A stretch of DNA of 64,000 nt, taken from the NCBI GenBank assembly GCA_030141605.1, contig JAQGDQ010000185.1:124001-188000 (forward strand). Direction: 5' to 3'. How positions within the stretch are numbered: position 1 is the first letter of the stretch; each line of letters begins with the position of its first letter. The notes below the pieces were generated by a model. The model ran no database searches. It saw nothing but the letters and a program-made list of their open reading frames with translations, and was not told the DNA's origin. The translations under genes and the position numbers were made by a program. Source of the DNA: Tubiluchus corallicola. Lineage: Eukaryota; Animalia; Priapulida. Positions 1 through 11,280 of the stretch are shown piece by piece.

Positions 1-443
1 GATAATTAAGCAATAAATAAGTAATATGCGGTTATGATATGTGTGACGTGCCGCGGTGGCATTGTTATTGATGGCAATAATCACCGTGATTGTATCGGTG
101 GCTTCTCAGGGTAACAGTTTTTGTCGTCAAAAGATGTAAAATGCATAATTGTAAGTCAGCAGAATCAGAAATGGGATTTCAATAGTTAGAAATCCGTGCA
201 AAGAATCGAAATAACCGAAATTCGGAATAATGTTACTGCTGATATTACGTCACAACAGCTGCTGGTGTCAGGAGACTATTGTAATTGATGCTAACGCCTA
301 ACAGTTATGAAGCTAATTTAAATTGTGCACAACTTGAGGAAATTTTGCAGCAAATTGAATTAGATGGTTAATGCGAGAGAAACGCCGTTAAGGGAATCAT
401 GACGTTAACGACGATGCATAAAATATCTGTTTTTTTCTTCTAG

Positions 444-464
444 CAGACGAACGAGGATACTATG
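444..464 (+). CDS. Candidate 21-nt microexon (QTNEDTM) in the M3-M4 loop of the Cys-loop channel
   Basis: Polypyrimidine tract and acceptor ttttttcttctag|CAG ACG AAC GAG GAT ACT ATG|gtaaat. Phase 0/0 matches the phase-0 start of the M4 exon at 1791. The tandem TAGCAG acceptor allows 21 or 18 nt. Confidence 0.45.
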
Positions 465-1328
465 GTAAATTGATAAAAAAATTTCGCTGTCTTAACATTT
501 TGAATTCGCAATTTTTCGGTTTGCCTAATTTATTGCTACTTATCTTATAATTCCTCTTTTCCAGCTTGGATTGCTCTAACTCACTGCCTCATGCACATTT
601 TGTTTTGCTTACTAAATAACAAAGTGGAACAAGAAATTAACATAAGTTTATTACTAATGCGAATAACAATGGCTACTAGCTAGCGTCTATTTTTGCTTAT
701 ATTACTTGTTACCACAACTTAATCATTTTTGAGATATATAAAAACAATGTGATCCCGTTAGCTTGAAAATAAGATAGTGTTTTTCTGAGACCTGCCGTAG
801 TCAAAATCATAAAGTCGATGTGTCTATTAAGTCTCAATTTTTTTCACAGCAAAAATGAATGTGAAGGACGAAAGCTACTGTGAAAAAAAATTGAAAGTTA
901 GTGGACACTTTTGACTTCTTTATAACAATGTAATCCCTTTGAACAGTATCAATTTTGATTGCGCATGTGTTTTTAGCTTTATGCATGGAATTTGCCATGT
1001 GCTTTGTTTGATATAAGCCTGCAATCAGGCTTGGCTGATCAGCATTTAGATTATTTCTTAAATCTCCTTTATTTCATCTACATTCTACTTGGAACTTTTA
1101 AAGGACAACAGAATGCTTAGTGAAAATCTTGAGAAAAGGAATGCATTAAAATGTATTTTGAAATTTTAAACTATAGCAATTTTAAGCATTACCGTTTTAT
1201 TCGATGACAAAACTCTTAGGTAGCCTAAGCAATGGGACATCAATTATAAGGACGACAAAATTAATGTTTTGTGCTAATCTAAAAATTAATTGAGAAATGT
1301 TAATAATTTTTCAATTTTAATGCCAAGA

Positions 1329-1710
1329 TTATTATTAACGATACTGCAACCCCACAATTAATCAAATTCTGAATCAATTAATCAAATTTAAAAGTTGCAG
1401 TGCAACCTGGATTTGAATCAGGAACTGTCTGTTGAAGAAGGCAGACGGTTAGTCCACTAGGGAACCGTATCTTCCAGTGATTGAAGCAGTCCAAAGTTCA
1501 TCCCTTATAGTGGTCAAAATTTGTCATTATATAATAAAGTTAGTGTGAGCGATCTAACGTGCTAAATTTCATTGACTGCAAGAAGTCTGCTTGTAAGCCG
1601 AAATCCCCTGATTCAAACCTAGGCTGTATTCCAACTTTTTCATATTTCCTACCTTTTAAGTTTTGTATCAAAATTTAATTAATTGTGGGTTTATAACACC
1701 ATTAATAATT
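1329..1710. mobile_element. Two diverged tRNA-derived SINE-like arms in inverted orientation (foldback)
   Basis: Left arm attattaacg..ccccacaattaatcaaattctga..aaaagttgcagtgcaacctggatttgaatcagg is complementary to right arm cctgattcaaacctaggctgtattccaacttttt..tcaaaatttaattaattgtgggttt..attaataat. Each arm has a B-box-like GATTCAAA(T/C)C. Confidence 0.5.
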
Positions 1711-1790
1711 GAAAAATATGTTTTAGCTCTGACGGTAAATTTTCATTTACATTTCAACATGATTTTGACATGACTTCTTAACTCTTGCAG

Positions 1791-1970
1791 GTAAATCATC
1801 GGAACTCTTTAACAATGACAGATGAGCAGGCGCAGGCAGCCATGGAGATCAAATACAAGGCTAAAGCCAAGCGTCTTGACGACAAATGTCGGATCATGTT
1901 CCCTCTTTCGTTCTTTCTTTTCAATCTCGTTTACTGGCCGGCATATTTATTTTTCTACAAACAGTTTTAA
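1791..1970 (+). CDS. Terminal coding exon (M4 helix) of an anion-type Cys-loop ligand-gated ion channel subunit (glycine/GABA/GluCl/HisCl-like)
   Basis: Acceptor ctcttgcag|GTA. Translation ...KAKAKRLDDKCRIMFPLSFFLFNLVYWPAYLFFYKQF* matches the AKxIDxxxRxxFPxxFxxFNxxYW M4 signature of inhibitory Cys-loop subunits. Subtype cannot be determined from this exon. Confidence 0.9.
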   Translation, partial: VNHRNSLTMTDEQAQAAMEIKYKAKAKRLDDKCRIMFPLSFFLFNLVYWPAYLFFYKQF

Positions 1971-2529
1971 GGACTTTGGTACAGAGTAAACTCAAAATCG
2001 ATAAATTAAAAATAAATTAAGTTTTATTCAGCTGAGAAAAAAGTGACAACTTTATCAGTGGGAGCAACGAAGTACTGAACCGATCAGCACTAAAAAGGGA
2101 GTAGTTCAAAAAACTGGCTTCCCTTATATATAAGTGAATTCCTGAAACAGGGGCGCAGCGTGTCAAATTCTTCACGCCAGACTTCTTCAGGCAACTATAT
2201 TATATTTTCTGTATGGACCAAGATATCACCTGATGCGTAAAAGGACGGACATCAAATGTTTCCCGCGTTGTCTAACATTAATAGTTGTATAACTATGATA
2301 TAATTATAATGTAGAACCTTGTGTTGTATATCAGCCATTAAGTCATCAGTAGTTCCTTTATCATCATATACCTAAGACCCATAGACAGCGAGACTATATT
2401 TTTCATTTGAACATTTAATACTTCTTCAATATTCATTTTATTTCTAAATATTATTCTTGCCAGCCCCTTTCAGTTCTACTTCACTTCAAAACAGTAAAAC
2501 TGCACTGAATGGAGGAGCAACAAAGCAAC

Positions 2530-2531
<2 letters not shown>

Positions 2532-2624
<93 letters not shown>
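2532..2624. repeat. (CT)n microsatellite
   Basis: Perfect dinucleotide run, probably in the channel 3' UTR. Confidence 0.97.
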
Positions 2625-2627
<3 letters not shown>

Positions 2628-5600
2628 TTTAATCTTTTCTCTTTTCTCTTCTCGCCTTTCCCTACTCTCTCTCCCCACAAACTCTCCTACACACACTCTT
2701 ATCGCAGAAGACGTACTACTATGGAGCTTAATATGCTAGAGTGGGATTTGTTTATGGGATTTTTGTTACTTTTTTTTTAAATTTAACCTTTTAACTGATA
2801 ACATTTATAAAGTATCCAGGCAATAGTAGAACCTCTTTTACTTTGAAAACCTTTTTCAAAACAAGATTTTTTTGTTCATTAGCCGTCTGTCTCCTCTGAA
2901 GTTTAACATTAAATGTCTTTCTTAAATGACCTTGAAATAGTTTAAACTAATCATAGTTTGACAATTTAAAATTAAAATTACGATATAACATGTAGTAATA
3001 GAAAATTCGTAATACTCACAACGTTTACCGAATCGCCGTAAAAATGGAACAATCAACATATTTTTATGTTAATAGAGTTATTTAAAGTTGGTCAGTAAAG
3101 CGAAGTTATTTCACTGAAATTTCGTAACTTCACACTAAGTTTTTAGTTTTACGTTTTTTATAATAAGTAAACGCTTATAAATCAGATTTTTATATCATAA
3201 AAGTAAGAAAGTAAAATGTTAGTTCTAGTTAGAAATGATTTTTAAATAACCTCTTACTTCATTGTTTTCTTTTTATTGGTTGATTAGTATTTCTGAGGAT
3301 TTAAATTTTTAAACAGCTTCCAGATGGCGCTTTTGCTTTGCCACTGGAAGCTAATGATGTGTAATCACAATGACATACGGTTGTCCGTGGCATAGCAACA
3401 TTAATGAAAATAAAACCTATAATTATTAGTGTCTTTATTGCCAAAATTGGACCGTTTTGAAAACTGTTATAGCAGCACGCTAAACGGCACTAAACGTAGC
3501 TAATAAAATAAAAACAGTTTTAACACGACTTTAAATTATTACTACTAGATGGCGCATAAAGGCTGTTTGTTAAATCAATACTGGTTTAATAGACTTTGCA
3601 GAATAGACTTACGTAGGTCTTTAGCCTGCGGATTACCGAGTAGTAGACAGCTATAAAACAAAAATATAATATCAACATTGCTTGACATGCGTATCTGCAA
3701 GAATCGCTCAATCTAGATAGATTAAGATATAGATTAGATGCATTTTTATGTAATCATAGTCATTTTTTTCATGAATGATGTAATTAGGCATGCTGAACTT
3801 AAATGAAACATATCCTAACAGTATAAGGCACGTATTAAGTGCTACTTTGGAGACGTAGCTGGACACTTTGTAATTTGATATTGTAAATATAATGTAGATA
3901 TAGTTCGAATGACAGTTCACAATCACAGCTGTCTTTAGCAAATAATCAACGTCAACTCATTCTCTTCTTATCACTTAAAGCTTCAACGGACCCCCCAACT
4001 TCAGGCATCTTAACGTCACTTGAATCGAATGATATTTTTGGATGTCATAGATGCGCATTCTTCCAAAATAATGTGCGTGCAGGAAATATTCAAAGCCCTA
4101 ATATGATACAGGATTGCTTTTAGGTCTGTGCGCACATTACGTTATGCGCCCATATTTTTAATAATTTTTTTAAAAAACAGGCTATGATAGTCAGTCAATG
4201 CATAAAATGCACAAAAAATGCTCTACTCTCTGACAATAATGCAACCATACATTCACGGGGATACACCTATTATAGGTCAAATTTTCATAATGCTTACATA
4301 AAACTACTCTGTGAATTGTTATTCATATGCGTGCTGCATGAACATTATCTGTTTGTATAATTTATTTATTGTTAAAATGATAGTGTTTTTAACATGATGT
4401 ATAAATGTATATAAGAAAACGAAAGTATGATTTACAGGCGTTGTGTAAGAGTTCGTATTTTGTCACTGTAGTTCGTACGTGTATTAAATAAACTGTTGCT
4501 CTGTATGTTAACTGTTGCATTTCATATTGTGTGGAACTGGCAATCCGCATATTATAACGATATCAAGTTTTCAGCCTTTTTCGATGACCTACCTACCTTG
4601 CGTTATAATGGCGTTATCATACGCCCCACCACCACCTCCCTACCGCTTCTGTTGATATCGATATCACACAAATGTAGCTTTTTGTACATGTTGTGCCTCC
4701 TCACAAGGACACGCAACAACATCAGTTGTGCTAATTAACGGGAAACCATCAAAAACGTAAAGTCAGATAACGATATTGTATCTATATCATCTACATACCT
4801 TGTGTTATAATGGTATTAGCGCGTCTCCTGCCATCTACCTACTCCAAAGTTGACACCGTTATACGTGGATGGCCCCTTATTTTGTATTGTATCGTAGATA
4901 AATATTTTGAAGTAAGAATCACGAATCACATGTTACTTAGCGAATTGACGCAGGCTGCAGAGCCACCAATGAAGGCCATTGTTGATAGATGGCGCGACTT
5001 CCTTAGCTCCATTTCCAGATAGAGATGCTGTTCGCATACTTTGTTGATTACGCGAAATTAAGTTGGGAAACTGTTTAAAAATTTTTAAATATTTAACAAT
5101 AAAGTTATAGATCTTGTAATGGTGAGGCCATAAATAAGTGGAATTTGACATTACGTGGAAATTGTGCGTATAATTGACTATTCGATTAGAGTGGGGGTAA
5201 CATTAGTGGCTGAATTCACACAATATCATAAGTTTAAAACTAAGTTGTCTGCCTGTGGTTTTCCCCTTTGTGCATGGCTAAACCTCATCTTTCATAAAAA
5301 TATACAACTAGAACAGCTTCAGTTGTTATGATATGGTGCGGTTTCGATCACGTCGATCCATCCAACAATAAGCAATGATGCTCGCACTTTCCACGTCAAA
5401 TGATTATTACTGGGCATTTTCTAAAACCAAGACAACATTTCGTCCTATTATATACACGTTAGTGTTACTGTGTACTAATTTAAAATAGGTAATTTCAAAA
5501 ACGAAATTGTCGGATTCATTAACGTGTTTGTACAGTTTAATTGTAATTTTTCACCGTATTTTCCAATGGACACGTCCAATGGTCATATTATTACACTATA

Positions 5601-6762
5601 ACAATTCCGAAGAATTTTGCTTATTAACCCATCACAACCCTCACAGCACCACACCACAATAACAATGCACACCACACTAACTTCACAACAACGACCCACC
5701 TTACGACTTCGAACCACAGTACAACACAACACACCCACAACAACAACCCATATCACTGAACTCTATACCAATTCACAACAACAACTTACGACTTTCCACT
5801 TTCCAGTACAAAAGTTTCAACACCTTTTTCATGGAGACGTAAAAACATTTATTAGACGAAAGGGAATATATAAATGAACTCTTCACAATTATTGTTTCAC
5901 AAAGCATAAAATAGAATTAAAATTCTCTGCAAAGCTTGCGACATGTATTAATTCCGCAGGTTTGGTTGAGATAAAATGACAAACGATGAATTAGATGGCG
6001 ATGAAACCAGTTAAGGGAACTAGTGACGTCATCAGGGTACTAACCCGATGATCCACATTTAAAAAGTAGCAACCTCAATTCTTAGTTCTTCAGACTTAGA
6101 AACATATTCTTAGTAATCTTTCAGAATACACACTTCCTTGCTGTAAACTATTGCAGAAAAAATTAAACAACATAACATCGTTCTACTTAATACAAACAGT
6201 TTATTAAATAAGAGATTAGCACGAAAGAAAGCACAAATTTACATCTGGTTTTTTAGATTGTTAAGAATATTTACACGCCCATAAGCGGTACAGGAATTAA
6301 CCAACAACATACCTATTACTATTTCAACATTGCAATTGTATTTCAAAATCAGTATTGGCGCTACATTTTGCGCTGTTGTGTGACGTTTGATTATTTCTTT
6401 TTATAAGTGAACTGTAATTCTGAGCTTACCCCAGTTTCCGGTAAATTAATTAAGAAACATGTTGTAAGTAATCATCAATAAGTAAAACGTTAAGCGCGCT
6501 AGCTTTGTAGTTTGATTTACTGTTAACTCTAGATTATTGGCTGTTGGAAGAACGATGCTTCTATATAGAGTCAGTCACAACGAATAGGGAAGAACAGTTC
6601 ATGTTTACAGCACTAAGTGTACCCAGAAGAACGCGCAGTCTTATGTAAAATTCATTAAAACGTATTTTAACGGAATTTTTAGATTTTAGAGATCATTCAA
6701 CCGGATCCTTAGCTTGGAAAAACAAAACTGATTGACAGCTTTACAGTTTAAAATAGTTAGCT

Positions 6763-7355
6763 CAGGGTGTCTATAAAGTCTCTTTACAATTTTAAAAATT
6801 TATTACGAAGGCAGTTGACAAGATATCTTAACAGACTTGTTTTGTTTTATTCAGTGTTTATTTAAGTTTGAGATCACATTGAAATTTTGCGTTTTATGTA
6901 GGTCTCCTGTTGGTAGAAGGGTATTGTTAACTGAAACCCCAAAAATGGGTGCCCCTCAAGAGAAGGCACAGTGTGTATCATGCTTTATTGAGACAAAATC
7001 GTATGTGCAGACTCAGCGAAACTACAGAACTAAGTATGGAAGAGATCCACGGGGTTATGTGAAAGACATGATGTACCGAACAAAGATACGGGACATTACT
7101 GACTTGAAGCAAAGGACGGATTTCTGATGCCATCGCCACCATTGATGAGGCAATGCTACAGCGAACATGGCAAGAAATCGAGTACCGTCTTGATGTGCTT
7201 CGTGCAACTAATGGTGCCTATATAGACGTGTCTTAAATGAGTTAAAAAAACTTTGACAACCACTGATTACATTAGAACAGATCTAGTTAACAAATCTTGT
7301 CAGCCGCCTTTGTAATAAATTTTTAAAACTGTAAAGAGACTTTATAGACACCTAT
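6763..7355 (+). mobile_element. Internally deleted Tc1/mariner-superfamily DNA transposon (DUF4817/HTH-type transposase)
   Basis: About 60-bp TIRs: cagggtgtctataaagtctctttacaattttaaaaatttattacgaaggcagttgacaagat and atcttgtcagccgcctttgtaataaatttttaaaactgtaaagagactttatagacacc. The transposase N-terminus MGAPQEKAQCVSCFIETKSYVQTQRNYRTKYGRDP is fused directly to the C-terminus GYVKDMMYRTKIRDITDLKQR(frameshift)DAIATIDEAMLQRTWQEIEYRLDVLRATNGAYIDVS*. The catalytic core is missing. Confidence 0.9.
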
Positions 7356-7602
7356 TATTTTTCCTTCAGCAGTGCTTTGTAGTTAAAACGACTACACTGA
7401 GAATTGTATTTTTCTGCAATTCTTTTATGGCAAATAAAGATTTTTACTACTACTATTTATAATTATGAACAATAAATGTACATAAATAGATATTAACATA
7501 CTGACACGAGGATTGGCAAATGAGCTTTTTACGTAATATCTCAACAAGGTTTTTCAGTTACTAATAAAGTTCTAATTAACTGGTACAATGTGTGCTGTTC
7601 AT

Positions 7603-10214
7603 CTAATCCCAATTCCTACTGTGAATTGTCTTGAATTGCCCATCTTGATATTCCTGGTAAGTGTTTAACGGTTGTTGCTGGAGACGATGTCGCCTAGGTC
7701 TAGCTCTCCTCCACCTCCTAACAACACAGTCAATAAACCAAACAAAACAAATAAGCAACACAAGACCAGCAAAGCCAGCCGATAATCCAACATACAACCA
7801 AGGGAATGTCTCTTCAACAACCACACCGCAAATAGCGCCTTCTTCGTCTGCTGACGTCAGCGGGTCACGTGCACTGGGACAATCAGCTATTCCGTTGCAT
7901 AGCAACGCCGTGTTTATACAGGCGTGGACACCAGGGCAAATGAAGCCACACGAGTCACCTTGTGCGCCATTGTTCCAGTACGAAGACAATGGTGACGGCT
8001 TCGCGATTTCAAGCCACCTGGCGGCGAATCTTCCACCAAAAGGTTTAGACATGTATTCAACAAGGATTTTATTAGAATCAGGGCTGTAATAGTTGGCAGA
8101 ATTCCAGTCTTTTGAAAATACGTCATTGATTGCGTCAACACTTGATCTGCATATGATCTTTCTTGGTTTGGGATCATCTGCATCGAATATGATGATCTTT
8201 TCATCTTCACAATGATGAGTGAAAAGCAAACTAGTGAAATTTAAGTACACATAGTTGCCCTCGTTTACAGTGATAGACCAGCGACATCTGATGTCGTCAG
8301 CAGAAAGAGCTTTAGTGTAAGTGCTTGAATCAAATTCACCTGAAGATGCTGTAAACATCTGTTCACGACAGCCATAATTCTCAGTAAACTCATACTTGGC
8401 TTCGAAATGGTAGTCACGAAAGTACTGCCAGGGCTTCATATCATCCACCGAAAAATTTATCTGCAGCCGATTTGTTGTTGACGTTATGGTCAGCGGCTCG
8501 TTGTGAGGAAGGTCATTTTCGCACAAACAAGCAGTCTGGATGGGATTTGAACCATCGGATATGATTAGATTGTTGTTGGGTAGTTTGGAAAGTTTGCACT
8601 CATAGCGTGATATTGAGCTGTTGAAATGAGTTTTGCAGCTAGTTTTGCCTAATTTTACATGGTTTACAATAACGCGAATCCGCTCTTGTTTGTTTCCCTG
8701 AAATGTGTAACTACACTGGACAGATGAGCGTCCACCTGGTCCATACAGTAGCACATTCTTTGGAGGCCACACTAAACCACTTGATAAACCACTGCTTTCT
8801 ATAATGCGCACGCAGCTATCATCTGCGCCCACTAGTGGTCTCCCAAGCTGCTCCGTGTCTACAAACTCGTATCGCAGCTTGAAGTAAAAGGTGTTCAGAC
8901 CGAAAAAGGAACCTTCTTTGCTTGTGAAAGTCAATAAGAATGAATTGGTCGAAGAAAGATACGATTCTTCACCTATTTTACAAGGTCTAAAATGATACCC
9001 CAAGACCAAAGCGTGTAAACATAAATATGGAGAATTATCATAACAGTAACGATCGCCTATGCGCTTACTGCTTCTAGCCCGGGCACCATCATATATTTCT
9101 AAGCTGTTTTTGCAGCGTTTATTCATGTCAACGTTCCAGTCTAGAAACGTGATCCATACTCTATCCTTGAGACGTCCATGGAATTTATAAGAGCATTTTG
9201 TGTTGCGCGGATACCAGTGTTCAACACTTGTTAATAGTCCAGAATTGTTGTTACCAATTCTGTAGATGTCAAAATTACAATCGCCACTCATCATTCGCGC
9301 ACCAGTGAGATCTGTGAGTTCTCGAAATTCTGTTTCAAGGTCAAAACCTGCATAGTCAAATCTGCCATATTCGGCAGTGCGGAATTGCACCAATATCTGT
9401 GGTCCGGTAGACGCTACCTTGGGCAACGGACCTGAATGACAGAACGTGGTTATCACAGGGGCACTGGTGGAATTTCCATCGTAAATACGGACAAAATCGC
9501 CATTTTCTGGACAAGAATATGATAAGGAAGCCGCCACGCTTTTATCTTTTTTGGTTGGAGAGTCTGGCGTTGCGATGTTAATTCGACTACCATCTTTTTG
9601 CCAGAGTAAAATCTGGACGTTGTTTAAATTTTCTATTTTCACTAGATATTTACAATCAAGGTTTCTGGGATAGACACCAGGCCAACCAGGACTTTGTAGA
9701 CGACATTTGCCCAAAGTACAATTAACAAAAATTTTGTTACAGTATGTACCAGGTGTAGTTATCCCAGTATTGGCAGGCTCTGTAGCGCTACCATAACGGC
9801 CTTTCGCAGCCGATAATGGCAGAAATCGGTAATAAACTTCGAACTCGAAATCTGATATACTACTCCGCGTGACATTGTGTAGTTGAAAAGCTAGCAAAAT
9901 CTCGTTAGTCTCTGAGTAAAAGTAACGATCGTTTTCTAGTGGATGTTCACAATAATATCCAGGTCTTCTTTGATTTAGCCTGATGCTAGTTATCCCATCA
10001 ATGATCTGCATGAAACCGTGTTGACAATTCCGGTTGTCCTGCCCTGAAATCCGGAAATGTGCTATCCTGAGTTGTATCCGGTCACCGAATTTGCCTCCCC
10101 TGGCTATGAGTTGGTAAGGGCAATAGAATGGGCGGTCTGGATCTAAGTTTTTTATCGGAGGTGTGTCGAGTAACTTCCATTTGTTGATAGTACCCTGGAC
10201 CTCCATCCCACAAC
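7603..10214 (-). CDS. Large terminal coding exon of a type I membrane protein: 5 CUB + LDL-receptor class A + TM + short basic cytoplasmic tail (LEV-10/Neto/SOL-1-like architecture)
   Basis: Acceptor cctctttgtgtttcag|GT TGT GGG ATG (phase 1) and about 870 open codons. CUB motifs include CRLQSPGWPGVYPRNLDCKY, DFVRIYDG, WYPRNTKCSYKF, LEIYDG, CSYTFQG and CRWSITV. LDLa is CPGVHACINTALLCNGIADCP..ADE. TM is WLYVGLSAGFAGLVLLICFVWFI, followed by RRWRRARPRR. Confidence 0.93.
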
Positions 10215-11089
10215 CTGAAACACAAAGAGGCGTTATTCCTCCAAATAGGTTTTTTGTTACCACATTTCATTCGTCTTTTAGAAACACATTAAACAAGTGT
10301 TATTTTTTGTAAATTAAGTATTTTTTATTTTGAGAAAATAAGTCCTATTTAAGAACTATATGCCTCCGTGAATAATCTTCAATATTGTTTTAGGGTCAAG
10401 AAAGACGCGAGTCCATTATTAGCACAACGTTACAAGCTTTTCAAGAACCAGAACGGGTCTTTTCTGAGAAATAAGCCTTTACGTACTGCTAAAAATATTT
10501 AAAATGTAGAGTTTAGAAAAAATTATACCGTTATAAGTGTTGAATTTGGTACCCTTTCTGGATGTGAGAAGCTCACATAACTTCTGAAAAGTCTTCCCGT
10601 GGTTTCAGAGCCAACTCTTAACACAACTTTTAACTTTCGTTATCGCACGTGGTAAAAGCGAGTGAACATAGAAAAAACATTTTTACAGTATTCTGTATTT
10701 ACATATACTCTTCGTTCCGAAGCTTTCATAGTCTATAGAATTTTCAAATTCTATACACACTAACAATCAAGTCATTTTGCCAAATACATTGCCTCCATAC
10801 CATAGTTAGGCCTAATAATTAAAGGTCACATAACATGTTCAGTTTATTTTACCGTTAACACTTAAATTTAGAAAATATAACAAAGAAACAACGTTTTATA
10901 AAGCACACTATGTACTACCGCTGTATAGAAATTTTCAGGGGGCGGTGATGACCGCCATTCTTCTAGTACACTTCGTGCTTCTAGCACATTTTTTAATCTA
11001 ACTTTTGCAGCTTACGTAATGTTCACACAAAAGTGTCACAACATTAGCTAACTAATTTTTTGAAAAAAGTTATTATAATCTCAACGGAA

Positions 11090-11280
11090 ATTGACAATGC
11101 GTTGTTCTTCTTCAGTCGACGACCGACCCCATTGTTGGATAAATGGTCCCCCAAAATGGGAGCGTGCAAGCGTAAAATCATTTTACTAATTGCAGGAGGT
11201 GCTTATCGCACTTTTATTACTAAATCCCTTTAACATTTTCCCGTACATTGAAATAATCCTAACTTTCCAGAAGGCTTTTG
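11090..11280 (+). repeat. Dispersed repeat, diverged second copy at about 31600-31792
   Basis: gaggtgcttatcgcacttttattactaaatccctttaacattttcccgtacattgaaataatcctaactttccagaaggctt aligns with gaggcgcttatcgtacttctattactaaatcctcctaacattttcttgaacactgaaataaactaacttcctagaaggctt. Confidence 0.7.

Noticed and set aside
1785-1790. ORF-track start of the 61-aa ORF
   Set aside because: The TTG lies in the splice acceptor (ttgcag); this is a terminal exon, not a small standalone protein.
2457-2780. Poly-LS/ER ORFs (also 24426-24859, 24875-25084, 28344-28580)
   Set aside because: Translations of (CT)n, (GA)n and (GAAA)n microsatellites that are open in several frames.
7661-8210. Antisense and alternate-frame ORFs overlapping the CUB exon
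   Set aside because: Shadow ORFs of a real coding exon, with no recognisable motifs.
10215-10263. N-terminal MVTKNLFGGITPLCVS of the 886-aa ORF
   Set aside because: GTG start, no signal peptide, and it contains the polypyrimidine tract and AG acceptor; intronic.
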